From positions 1 through 62,441 of the forward strand of contig JACQRW010000006.1 of assembly GCA_016206285.1 (NCBI GenBank): a stretch of 62,441 bases of DNA, written 5' to 3'. The notes under the pieces were generated by a model, which did not search any database, had not been told where the DNA came from, and saw only the letters and a list, made by a program, of their open reading frames with translations. The DNA is from Candidatus Sungiibacteriota bacterium (lineage in GTDB: Bacteria > Patescibacteriota > Minisyncoccia > Sungbacterales > HO2-52-23). The translations under genes were made by a program, and so were the position numbers. Shown in pieces: positions 16,719 through 24,761 of this stretch; positions within the stretch are counted from its first letter, which is position 1; each line of letters opens with the position of its first letter.

Positions 16719-17468
16719 TTATCGATCTGATTTGATCCGCCAAATACAGACGATGATCCCGACCAGTAGAATACCCATCAAAACATATGTGAATGAACTC
16801 GGCTCTTCCACTGGCGTCACTACCTCATTGGAAGCCGGCTGCCTGGGCAATCCGGTTTGTATTGGAGGAGAAAGCGAGAATCCAAAATCCGGAGGAGGCG
16901 CAACCATGGTGGTCGGAGGTACGGATATTTCAGTTGGCGGCAATGGAAATAATGGCGGCGGAGGCGGTGTACTTACAGGAGGTTGATCTAGCCATATGAC
17001 CGGAGGAAGGAAAGCGGACGGCGGTCTTTCCGGAGGGGGAACCGCGCCATTGCAGCACCGTTTCAGCACCATATGTCCTTCGCTATCCTCAAGAATTTGC
17101 GTACCTGCGGGCACTGCTATGGATTTTTTGGTCCACTGCACGCCCAATCTCGGATGCCTATATTGAACAAACAATCTTTGCGTATTTAGAATCACGCGAT
17201 CACGAGCAGTGGCAAGATTAAACCCCGCAAAAACAATATGTGAGTGGTTTTCGCGGTCATAACATCCGCCTTTCCAGACTGCATAGCGCGGCGCGTCATA
17301 ATGGCTTGCAACATCGGGTTTCAACAGCTCCTGCTCTATAATCGCCTGAATCCTTTCGATTTCCCGCTCAAGTTCGAACGATCCATGGGTCCTGCCACTA
17401 CCCCGATAAAAATACAAGCCAACAAGAAAAAGGAGGCCGCATAACAAAAAAAAGAGCAGTGTCTTCAT
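16719..17468 (-). CDS. Proline-rich membrane-anchored hypothetical protein
   Basis: N-terminal TM helix, PPPPP-rich linker, C-terminal EEPSS + TM + RIKSDR tail. SD AAAGGAG upstream. Confidence 0.5.
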   Translation of the reverse strand: MKTLLFFLLCGLLFLVGLYFYRGSGRTHGSFELEREIERIQAIIEQELLKPDVASHYDAPRYAVWKGGCYDRENHSHIVFAGFNLATARDRVILNTQRLFVQYRHPRLGVQWTKKSIAVPAGTQILEDSEGHMVLKRCCNGAVPPPERPPSAFLPPVIWLDQPPVSTPPPPPLFPLPPTEISVPPTTMVAPPPDFGFSLSPPIQTGLPRQPASNEVVTPVEEPSSFTYVLMGILLVGIIVCIWRIKSDR

Positions 17469-17546
17469 GAGACTTCTCCTTTCACTGCCAAAGAACGGAT
17501 TATTACAATGTTCTTTGATCAGCGTAGCACACCCGGCGATTTTTTA

Positions 17547-18488
17547 TCAACCTATTGCCTTATCAAGCAGCTCGATGATCCCTTCCGTAGAAAATCCATA
17601 TGTCTCATAGTCGCCGATAAATTCGGCGGCATGCAGGCCTTGACTTGTGGTGCTCTCGAGAGCCTCAACCCTCATAGAGAGGAGCGCAGTCGAACCACTG
17701 TCGCGTTGGCTTGGCCTGGCTTCATGGAAATCCGACCCGGCAGTGCGAAGCAGATTGTATTTGGCAACCAGGCCTTCCAGATATTCGACATCATCTTCAG
17801 TATGAGACGGATTAAATACCTCCATTCCTTTGATTCCCCACTCGATCAGTTTTTGCAGCATGTGTTCAAGACCGTCCGGATCGTTGCGAAAGTGGATTGC
17901 CGGATGCGACCAGATCGCAACGCCGCCGGCATCACGAATCAGCCCGATTGCGTCCGCCGCGGAAATATGCGTACGGCGCACATAATTTGGACTGTCGTCG
18001 GTAAGAAACGCTTCAATAAAATCATGTACGGTCGAAATGCCGCCGAGCTTCACATTGTTTTCCGGATGCGCTATGACCGCGCGGGCAAGATGCGGCCGCG
18101 CAACTACCGCACCGGTTGCCTGCTTTTGCACATCGTCCCATGTCACGACAAACCCGGCCTGTTGAAGATTTTTTACCATCTGTTGCGCACCTGCGATGCG
18201 GCCCTGTTTTGATTCTTCAAGGCTGTGGAGCAGTTTTTCGTTCGCACAATCAATCCCATACCCCAGTATATGCAGGCCGTGTTCCTCAACCGACATCTCA
18301 ATTCCCGGGATCACGCGTACGCCGGATTCACCGCCCGCAGCCACGGCTTCCGCCACCCCGGCAACCGTGTCATGATCGGTCATGGCAATAGTTACCACTC
18401 CGCGTTCCGCTGCCATACGCACAATTTCCGCGGGCGTATGCTTGCCGTCGGATGCCGTTGATTGAATTTGCAGATCAAAGGTGTTCAT
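17547..18488 (-). CDS. PHP-family metal-dependent phosphoesterase (TrpH/YciV-like)
   Basis: MTDHDTVAGV and further His/Asp PHP motifs. Confidence 0.8.
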   Translation of the reverse strand: MNTFDLQIQSTASDGKHTPAEIVRMAAERGVVTIAMTDHDTVAGVAEAVAAGGESGVRVIPGIEMSVEEHGLHILGYGIDCANEKLLHSLEESKQGRIAGAQQMVKNLQQAGFVVTWDDVQKQATGAVVARPHLARAVIAHPENNVKLGGISTVHDFIEAFLTDDSPNYVRRTHISAADAIGLIRDAGGVAIWSHPAIHFRNDPDGLEHMLQKLIEWGIKGMEVFNPSHTEDDVEYLEGLVAKYNLLRTAGSDFHEARPSQRDSGSTALLSMRVEALESTTSQGLHAAEFIGDYETYGFSTEGIIELLDKAIG

Positions 18489-18494
18489 AAAAGA

Positions 18495-18926
18495 TCAAAC
18501 CTCAAAGGTGACTATCGCTTCATATAACCGCGTCTTGGGATTTTTTCGTATGTCCACGTCCGAATAGGAAACCGCACTAACCTCGTTGTCGAATTGATCG
18601 GTAACCACACCATTCAGTTCGCCGGACAGAAAATTCTCTCCGAATTTTTTAAACGTAATGCCGGTGAAAACCGCGCCCCGACCGTCCGCATATCCGATCA
18701 CTCCGGAAAGAAAATCAACCAGGAGCGAATTCAAATCAACCGTCTCGATCGAGATCTCTTCTTTCGCCTGCTGCCGGCTTTTCGACAAAGACGCGGCATC
18801 CGGCTTCATGTACGCGGCAAGGCCTGCAAGCGCATTACGAAAAAGCTCGCGGCAAGTTTTTCCCTGCACACGCATTCGCACCCCGATATCTTCCGGAATA
18901 ATTTCAAATTTTTTATGCGCAGCCAT
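18495..18926 (-). CDS. Archease-like protein
   Basis: MAAHKKFEIIPEDIGVRMRVQGKTCRELF resembles the archease N-terminus. A TATACT -10 box lies upstream of this ATG, so the longer ORF start at 18959 is unlikely. Confidence 0.5.
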   Translation of the reverse strand: MAAHKKFEIIPEDIGVRMRVQGKTCRELFRNALAGLAAYMKPDAASLSKSRQQAKEEISIETVDLNSLLVDFLSGVIGYADGRGAVFTGITFKKFGENFLSGELNGVVTDQFDNEVSAVSYSDVDIRKNPKTRLYEAIVTFEV

Positions 18927-18977
18927 AGATACCTTTAGTATAGCATATTTTAAAATCATACAAGTCCCGTTAGAAGT

Positions 18978-20210
18978 TTACTTCAACGGGACAAGCGCCT
19001 CGCGCGCGATCGCACGGTCGTCCCATGGGATTTTGGTTCCATGCGGGCCCATGAGCCATGGTTCGCCTCCTTTGCCGGTTACAATGACGGCATCTCCGGC
19101 ACGAGCGCGGAGAATCGACTCCTTGATAGCCGCCTTTCGATCAAGTATGCGAATAACGCGCGGCACAAATTTTTCTGAAAATCCTTCTGCAATGTCATCT
19201 AAAATTTTTTCGGGATCCTCGTCATACGGATCTTCATTTGTCAGAATAACCGTCTCACAGAACCGTTCCGCGATTTTTGCAAACTCGGGCCGCTTCCAGG
19301 TATCGCGCCCGCCTCCGGTTGCCCCGAACACGCAGATGAGGCGATGATGATCGCAGATAAGAGTTTCGTACACTGCCTGCATTGAGTCGGGCGTGTGCGC
19401 GTAATCGGCGATCACGGCAAACGGTTCCCGCTGCACATACTCCATGCGGCCGCTGATGCCTGATACGCGCCGCACAGCGGCTGCCATCCGTTGCATCGGA
19501 ATACCATAGCGCATGCCGGTTGCAACCGCGGCAAGTATGTTGAGAAAATTAAAATCTCCTTCCAAAGACGACTCAATGAGCGCTCCGTCCAACACAAAAG
19601 AAATACCTTCGCCATTGTGCGACACCGAGTGTTTAACATCGCCTAATTCAATACCGCCGCGGCCATACCATATCTGAGTACGCGCGCGGGTCACGGCCGC
19701 AAAATTCTTGGATTGCGCATCATCACGGTTCAGGATAACCGCTCCGTCCGGCGCAAGCACGCGAAACAATTTTTGCTTAGCCGCAACATAGTTTTCAAAC
19801 CCGCCGTGCGCCTCAACATGTTCGGGCGCGATATTGGTTAATACCGCAGAATCAAATTGAATAAACCGCTGCCGGTGCTGCATGATGCCCTGCGAAGTCA
19901 CCTCAAGCGCAATATACCGGCATCCTGCCTGTTTTGCCCGGTATAAAAACCGTTGCAAAAAAAATCTCCCCGGCATGGTCATCTTCAGATCGTTGGGCGT
20001 TATGTCACTGCCGATCCGAAACCGAAGAGAAGACGAAGATGCCACTTTTTCGCCGGTCTCCGACAATACTTCGTGCAACAGCTCCACAGTGCTGGTTTTG
20101 CCTTTGGTTCCGGTAACCCCGATCACAGTCATATTGCGCGATGGAAACCCATACCAAACAGCGGCCGCAAAAGCAAGCAAGAAATGATAGAGAGAATAAA
20201 GTTGACGCAT
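18978..20210 (-). CDS. Mur ligase family protein (MurE-like)
   Basis: VIGVTGTKGKTST P-loop with Mur ligase middle and C-terminal domains. Confidence 0.8.
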   Translation of the reverse strand: MRQLYSLYHFLLAFAAAVWYGFPSRNMTVIGVTGTKGKTSTVELLHEVLSETGEKVASSSSLRFRIGSDITPNDLKMTMPGRFFLQRFLYRAKQAGCRYIALEVTSQGIMQHRQRFIQFDSAVLTNIAPEHVEAHGGFENYVAAKQKLFRVLAPDGAVILNRDDAQSKNFAAVTRARTQIWYGRGGIELGDVKHSVSHNGEGISFVLDGALIESSLEGDFNFLNILAAVATGMRYGIPMQRMAAAVRRVSGISGRMEYVQREPFAVIADYAHTPDSMQAVYETLICDHHRLICVFGATGGGRDTWKRPEFAKIAERFCETVILTNEDPYDEDPEKILDDIAEGFSEKFVPRVIRILDRKAAIKESILRARAGDAVIVTGKGGEPWLMGPHGTKIPWDDRAIAREALVPLK

Positions 20211-20291
20211 GTGTTAAGAAAACCAATTGCTTTTTTGCGACTTGTAAACGAAGTTTAACTTAAACAAAAAAGTGATTGGTTTGCAAAGGGA

Positions 20292-21209
20292 TTATCGAAA
20301 CCATTTTACAATGCGGTATAATCCCGCCAAAAACGGGCGATACATAATTTCCACCGGCGAAGCGTATGCAATCTCATCTCCGCCGAATCCGCGCTTGAAT
20401 CGAGTCAGCCCGGGCCACTTCCGGTCGTCAATTCCCCACAAATCATACCATCCGAATCCGCGCTGCTTGGCCTCAAGAGCAATATGCCAATGCAACGCAT
20501 ACGGCGCCATCACGCTGCGGGCTTCATTTGAAGACGCCCCGTGCACATAGGTCGCCACACCGGGCAGTCCAAAAGTCGGCTGATAAAAATTTACCATCGC
20601 TACGGCAATCGGCTTGCCCTTATATTCGGCAAAAAATAACTCATTGGAAAAATACGGCGAATGTGTCTCGACCAACATCTCATAGTGCTTCCGCCCGTGC
20701 GTATGAAATTTATTCCGGCGGCTCGTTATCTGAAGCAAATCCCAAAATATTTCAAAGTCCTCCTGTGCGCTCCGGCGCAAAACTTTTTTTATCACAACTT
20801 CTTTTTTTTCCGCAAGGCGGATATTATATCTCGTCTTCTCGTGCATTGCCGAGAGCAGCGCATCTTGGGCTTTTGAAAGATCAAGCATCACCGTTCGCTG
20901 CGGCTGCATTGGATGCCCCGTGCGTCCTGTTCTTGCCAAAACATCCCGCTCAGCCGCTCCGCCGTCGGGCTCCGCGCGGTCTATCCGAAAAAACACAGAT
21001 TGTTCGCCCTGCGCGATTTTTTTTACCTCGGCAAGAAACGGTTCGATTTTTTCCGGCAAAGCAGGCCTGCCGGCATACAGATAATTCCATCCTCCCCGGC
21101 CGATTCTATGCCGCACTATTAAAACATTCCCGACCCGCCAGGTACGCCGGCCGAGATTTTTCTGAAAATTTTCCCACTCGGAAGATTGGAGAAACGACAA
21201 TTGGTTCAT
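20292..21209 (-). CDS. FemAB-family peptidoglycan bridge-forming aminoacyltransferase
   Basis: FLQSSEWENFQ N-terminus and overall FemAB-like pattern. Confidence 0.75.
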   Translation of the reverse strand: MNQLSFLQSSEWENFQKNLGRRTWRVGNVLIVRHRIGRGGWNYLYAGRPALPEKIEPFLAEVKKIAQGEQSVFFRIDRAEPDGGAAERDVLARTGRTGHPMQPQRTVMLDLSKAQDALLSAMHEKTRYNIRLAEKKEVVIKKVLRRSAQEDFEIFWDLLQITSRRNKFHTHGRKHYEMLVETHSPYFSNELFFAEYKGKPIAVAMVNFYQPTFGLPGVATYVHGASSNEARSVMAPYALHWHIALEAKQRGFGWYDLWGIDDRKWPGLTRFKRGFGGDEIAYASPVEIMYRPFLAGLYRIVKWFR

Positions 21210-21793
21210 GATTGCTTTCCCAGACTTCGTAATGCCCGCTTCACGCGTTCTTCAACTCCGTCGGCTGGCAAATTCTCTCCAGCACCAGAAAGCGCCTCGC
21301 GTGCCTCGCGCTGCGAATAACCCAATCCCATCAGCGCCTCCAGCGCATCCGCTTCGTGCCGCAGTTCCGGCGCATCCACCGATACTCCGCGGCCCGACAT
21401 CTTCTCGCGCAGCTCCAAAATAACTTTTTCCGCTATTTTTTTGCCGATGCCGGACACGCGCGTCAAGTACGACGTATCGCCTGCCGCGATTGCTTTTTTG
21501 AGCGTATCAACCGGCGCGATATTTAAAATCCCCAAAGCTCCCTTTGGCCCGATGCCGGATATGGCAATCAGCAGTTCAAACAAATCCAGCTCGGCATAGT
21601 GGAAAAACCCGTACAATTCATGCGAATCCTCGCGCACATGGAAGTGCGTCCACAATTTGACAGCAGCGCCTTTTTCTGGCATTTTATCAAGAGTGCCGGC
21701 CCCGCAAAAAATCTTATACCCCACCCCGTGCACCCCAAGCAGGATATACTTTTCCGCCACGAATTCAATTGTCCCCTCCAGCGACCCGATCAT
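21206..21793 (-). CDS. ruvA: Holliday junction DNA helicase subunit RuvA
   Basis: MIGSLEG...GVGY...ISGIGPK...VSGIGKK HhH motifs. TATGAT lies 6 nt before the ATG. Confidence 0.9.
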   Translation of the reverse strand: MIGSLEGTIEFVAEKYILLGVHGVGYKIFCGAGTLDKMPEKGAAVKLWTHFHVREDSHELYGFFHYAELDLFELLIAISGIGPKGALGILNIAPVDTLKKAIAAGDTSYLTRVSGIGKKIAEKVILELREKMSGRGVSVDAPELRHEADALEALMGLGYSQREAREALSGAGENLPADGVEERVKRALRSLGKQS

Positions 21794-21822
21794 GATAACA
21801 TCATACTGTAATTAGACAAAAG

Positions 21823-21847
21823 AAAAAAGCGGCAGATTTGTCTGCCG
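21823..21847 (-). terminator. Rho-independent terminator
   Basis: Minus strand: CGGCAGACAAATCTGCCG followed by CTTTTTT. Confidence 0.6.
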
Positions 21848-21884
21848 ACTTTCATAAGTCAAAACATGAAAAGGGAGTAGAAAA

Positions 21885-22229
21885 TTATAAGATCTCGTGC
21901 GCCGGCAAAATCCAGCGTCCAGGGCTTCCAAAACGATTTCCTTCAACCAGGTAAGATAAGGCATGCGTTTTCCGTTCATATATATGTGTGATAACTACGA
22001 CAGGCAGTAGCACACAAACTTCACCGGCACAGCATCCAAGAGAGACCATCCTCTCCGAACCCGGAGCAAAAATACCATCACTAAAACCTTTTTGTGCACA
22101 TTCGCGCGCTCGTTCGGTTGCAATTTCTTCCATGCCGGAAGTAAAAGTTGCATAACAAACTGAACAAAATGCGGTATATTTATCGTTATGAGGCGGCAGC
22201 TCCGTTATTGTTCTGATACTATCACCCAT
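21885..22229 (-). CDS. Cys-rich hypothetical protein
   Basis: The ATG at 22229 is preceded by SD AAGGAG. The longer ORF start would overlap uvrB. Confidence 0.45.
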   Translation of the reverse strand: MGDSIRTITELPPHNDKYTAFCSVCYATFTSGMEEIATERARECAQKGFSDGIFAPGSERMVSLGCCAGEVCVLLPVVVITHIYERKTHALSYLVEGNRFGSPGRWILPAHEIL

Positions 22230-22278
22230 GCCACTCTCCTTATTTATAGTATTAAAGTACTGCGAATAAAAACACTTT

Positions 22279-24288
22279 ATGCCCTTCACCCTCAAAAGTC
22301 AATTTGCTCCGACCGGAGACCAGCCCGCCGCGATTGAAAAACTCGTGAGCGGACTTCGCAATGGCGCACAACACCAGACTCTGCTTGGGGTAACCGGGTC
22401 AGGAAAGACATTTACTATTGCGAACGTAGTGGCGCAAGTCCAGAAACCAACGCTCGTGATTTCGCACAACAAAACCCTGGCCGCACAGCTGTATCAGGAG
22501 TTTAAAGAATTTTTCCCGGACAACGCGGTGCATTATTTCGTATCATACTACGACTACTACCAGCCGGAAGCGTACATCCCCCAGAGCGACACCTATATTG
22601 AAAAGGACGCGAAGATCAACCAGACCATTGATGCGCTCCGGCACTCCTCCACCGCGTCTTTGCTCACGCGAAAAGACGTGCTGATCGTGGCATCGGTCTC
22701 CTGCATCTACGTCGTAGGCAGCCCGGAAGAATACGAGAAAGTTGCGATCAAACTCGCGCCCGGAGACAAACTTACGCAAAAAGAATTGGCGCGCCGCCTC
22801 ACGCTGCTGCAATACAGCCGCAACCCCATTGATCCGCGCCAGGGACATTTCCGCACCCGCGAAAATCGCGTGGAAATTTATCTGCCGTCCGGAGAAGAAA
22901 TCATCTTTGTTGAATTCGAGAATGGCAAAATCTCACTCATTGAAAAACGTGCGGTCTTAATGTCATTCCCGCGAAAGCGGGAATCCAGTACCGGCAACTT
23001 CTGGATTCCCGATCAAGTCGGGAATGACAGGGGTAACGCATCGCGTGTCCAAATCTTTCCGGCAAAACATTTTGTCACGCCTACGGACAAACTCAAGCTC
23101 GCGATCCTCAACATTAAAAACGAGCTGGCACAGCGCCTCTCGGAGTTGAACAGCCAGGGAAAAATACTCGAGGCCGCCCGCCTCAAACAGCGTACCGAAT
23201 TTGACATGGAAATGCTCGCGGCTACCGGATATGTAAACGGCATTGAAAACTATTCCCGGCACATGGAATTCCGCGAGCCGGGTACGCCTCCCCATACCCT
23301 GCTCGATTATTTCCGCCATGCGAACGGCAATGATTTCCTTACGGTCATAGACGAATCCCACGCCACCATTCCCCAGCTTCGCGGCATGTATGCCGGAGAC
23401 CAGGCACGCAAGCAGACGCTCATCAATTACGGCTTCCGCCTGCCGTCCGCGGCTGACAACCGCCCGCTTATGTTTGACGAATTTACCAAGCGCGTGAACG
23501 AGACAATCTACGTTTCGGCAACGCCAAACGCATACGAGCTTCAAAAATCAACCATCCATGTGGCGGAGCAGATCATCAGGCCTACCGGCATCCTTGACCC
23601 GAATACCGAAGTCCGGCCGACCAAAAACCAGGTGCAGGACGTGATCGCAGAAATCAAAAAACGCGTCGCAAAGCATGAGCGCTCGCTGGTCATGGCGCTC
23701 ACCAAACGCTTAGCCGAAGACATTGCCGAATATCTTATTGATGCCGGCATCAAAGCCGAATACCTCCACTCTGAAGTAAAGACGCTTGACCGCCCCGATA
23801 TTTTAAACAAGCTCCGCACCGGAGAACACGACGTGATCGTGGGCATCAATCTTTTGCGCGAAGGCCTTGACCTGCCCGAAGTTTCATTTATTGCGATCCT
23901 TGATGCGGACAAGGAGGGTTTTTTGCGCAATAACACCACACTGCTTCAGATCATCGGCCGGGCCGCGCGGCATATTGACGGCACGGTCATCCTGTATGCG
24001 GATACCGTGACCGGGTCCATGAAAGCGGCGCTTGGCGAAACCGAGCGGCGCAGAACAATCCAGCACGAGTACAATGTGGCACACGGCATAGTCCCGACCG
24101 AAATTAAAAAAGAAATCCGCGCCTCCATGCTGGGCGAAACAGAACCTGAAGAAGACAGCATCCCCCGCACCGGAACCGCTGAGGCGATCATCAAAGAGCT
24201 TGACCGCGAAATGAAAAAAGCCAGCCGCGAAATGGATTTCGAACGCGCGGCAATACTGCGGGATAAGATCAAGAAATACCGCGCATAA
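22279..24288 (+). CDS. uvrB: Excinuclease ABC subunit B
   Basis: GVTGSGKTF Walker A, DESH, helicase motifs and a C-terminal UVR domain. Full length, with a 23-codon repeat-derived insert. Confidence 0.95.
   Translation: MPFTLKSQFAPTGDQPAAIEKLVSGLRNGAQHQTLLGVTGSGKTFTIANVVAQVQKPTLVISHNKTLAAQLYQEFKEFFPDNAVHYFVSYYDYYQPEAYIPQSDTYIEKDAKINQTIDALRHSSTASLLTRKDVLIVASVSCIYVVGSPEEYEKVAIKLAPGDKLTQKELARRLTLLQYSRNPIDPRQGHFRTRENRVEIYLPSGEEIIFVEFENGKISLIEKRAVLMSFPRKRESSTGNFWIPDQVGNDRGNASRVQIFPAKHFVTPTDKLKLAILNIKNELAQRLSELNSQGKILEAARLKQRTEFDMEMLAATGYVNGIENYSRHMEFREPGTPPHTLLDYFRHANGNDFLTVIDESHATIPQLRGMYAGDQARKQTLINYGFRLPSAADNRPLMFDEFTKRVNETIYVSATPNAYELQKSTIHVAEQIIRPTGILDPNTEVRPTKNQVQDVIAEIKKRVAKHERSLVMALTKRLAEDIAEYLIDAGIKAEYLHSEVKTLDRPDILNKLRTGEHDVIVGINLLREGLDLPEVSFIAILDADKEGFLRNNTTLLQIIGRAARHIDGTVILYADTVTGSMKAALGETERRRTIQHEYNVAHGIVPTEIKKEIRASMLGETEPEEDSIPRTGTAEAIIKELDREMKKASREMDFERAAILRDKIKKYRA
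22961..23029. repeat. GC-rich double-hairpin palindromic element inserted in frame in uvrB
   Basis: tgtcattcccgcgaaagcgggaatccag + 12 nt + ctggattcccgatcaagtcgggaatgaca, 69 bp in total. It translates to MSFPRKRESSTGNFWIPDQVGND. Confidence 0.85.
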
Positions 24289-24293
24289 AATTA

Positions 24294-24322
24294 TTGACAA
24301 AAAAGATGTTTTCCGGTAGTCT
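24294..24322 (+). promoter_or_regulatory. rpsT promoter, leaderless geometry
   Basis: TTGACA-17 nt-TAGTCT-6 nt-ATG. Confidence 0.55.
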
Positions 24323-24328
24323 GTCTCT

Positions 24329-24601
24329 ATGCCTAACACCAAATCAGCAATCAAAGCGCTCCGCCAGTCAGTCAAACGGCGCAGCAAAAATATCAGTCGC
24401 AAGACTGCGTACCGCGACGCGCTCAAAGAAGTAAAGAAGCTCATCGCGAGCGCCAACATCGCCGAAGCCGAAAAACTCGTGCCGCAGATTTATAAAAAAC
24501 TCGACAAAGCGGCCAAAACCATGGCCATCAAAAAGAACAAGGCCAGCCGCCTCAAATCCCGGATCGTGAAAGCAATCAAAAGATCGGCAGTAAAACAATA
24601 G
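24329..24601 (+). CDS. rpsT: 30S ribosomal protein S20
   Basis: MPNTKSAIKALRQSVKRR... typical S20 N-terminus, 90 aa, basic. Confidence 0.9.
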   Translation: MPNTKSAIKALRQSVKRRSKNISRKTAYRDALKEVKKLIASANIAEAEKLVPQIYKKLDKAAKTMAIKKNKASRLKSRIVKAIKRSAVKQ

Positions 24602-24619
24602 TTGGCTGATCTCTTTACA

Positions 24620-24654
24620 CCCCGCGGCAAAAGCCACGGGGCGGTTTTCTTTTC
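24620..24654 (+). terminator. rpsT terminator
   Basis: Stem CCCCGCGGC/GCCACGGGG with an AAAA loop, followed by CGGTTTTCTTTT. Confidence 0.6.
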
Positions 24655-24658
24655 AATA

Positions 24659-24710
24659 TTTCTATAATCCAGTATTTTAGACGATCGTCTCAGTTACTGG
24701 ATTATAGAAA
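24659..24710. repeat. Nested perfect palindrome with CGATCG core, copy 1
   Basis: 16-bp arms tttctataatccagta / tactggattatagaaa around the inner palindrome agacgatcgtct. Confidence 0.85.
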
Positions 24711-24761
24711 TAGCATAGGCCCGGCGGCCTCGAATCCCCCCCCAATCAAGCTGAGCTCGAT

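Noticed and set aside
22961-23029. uvrB insert considered as an intein or frameshifted pseudogene
   Set aside because: It is only 23 codons with no intein motifs. The frame is preserved, all UvrB motifs are intact, and the DNA is a recognisable repeat element present elsewhere in the window.
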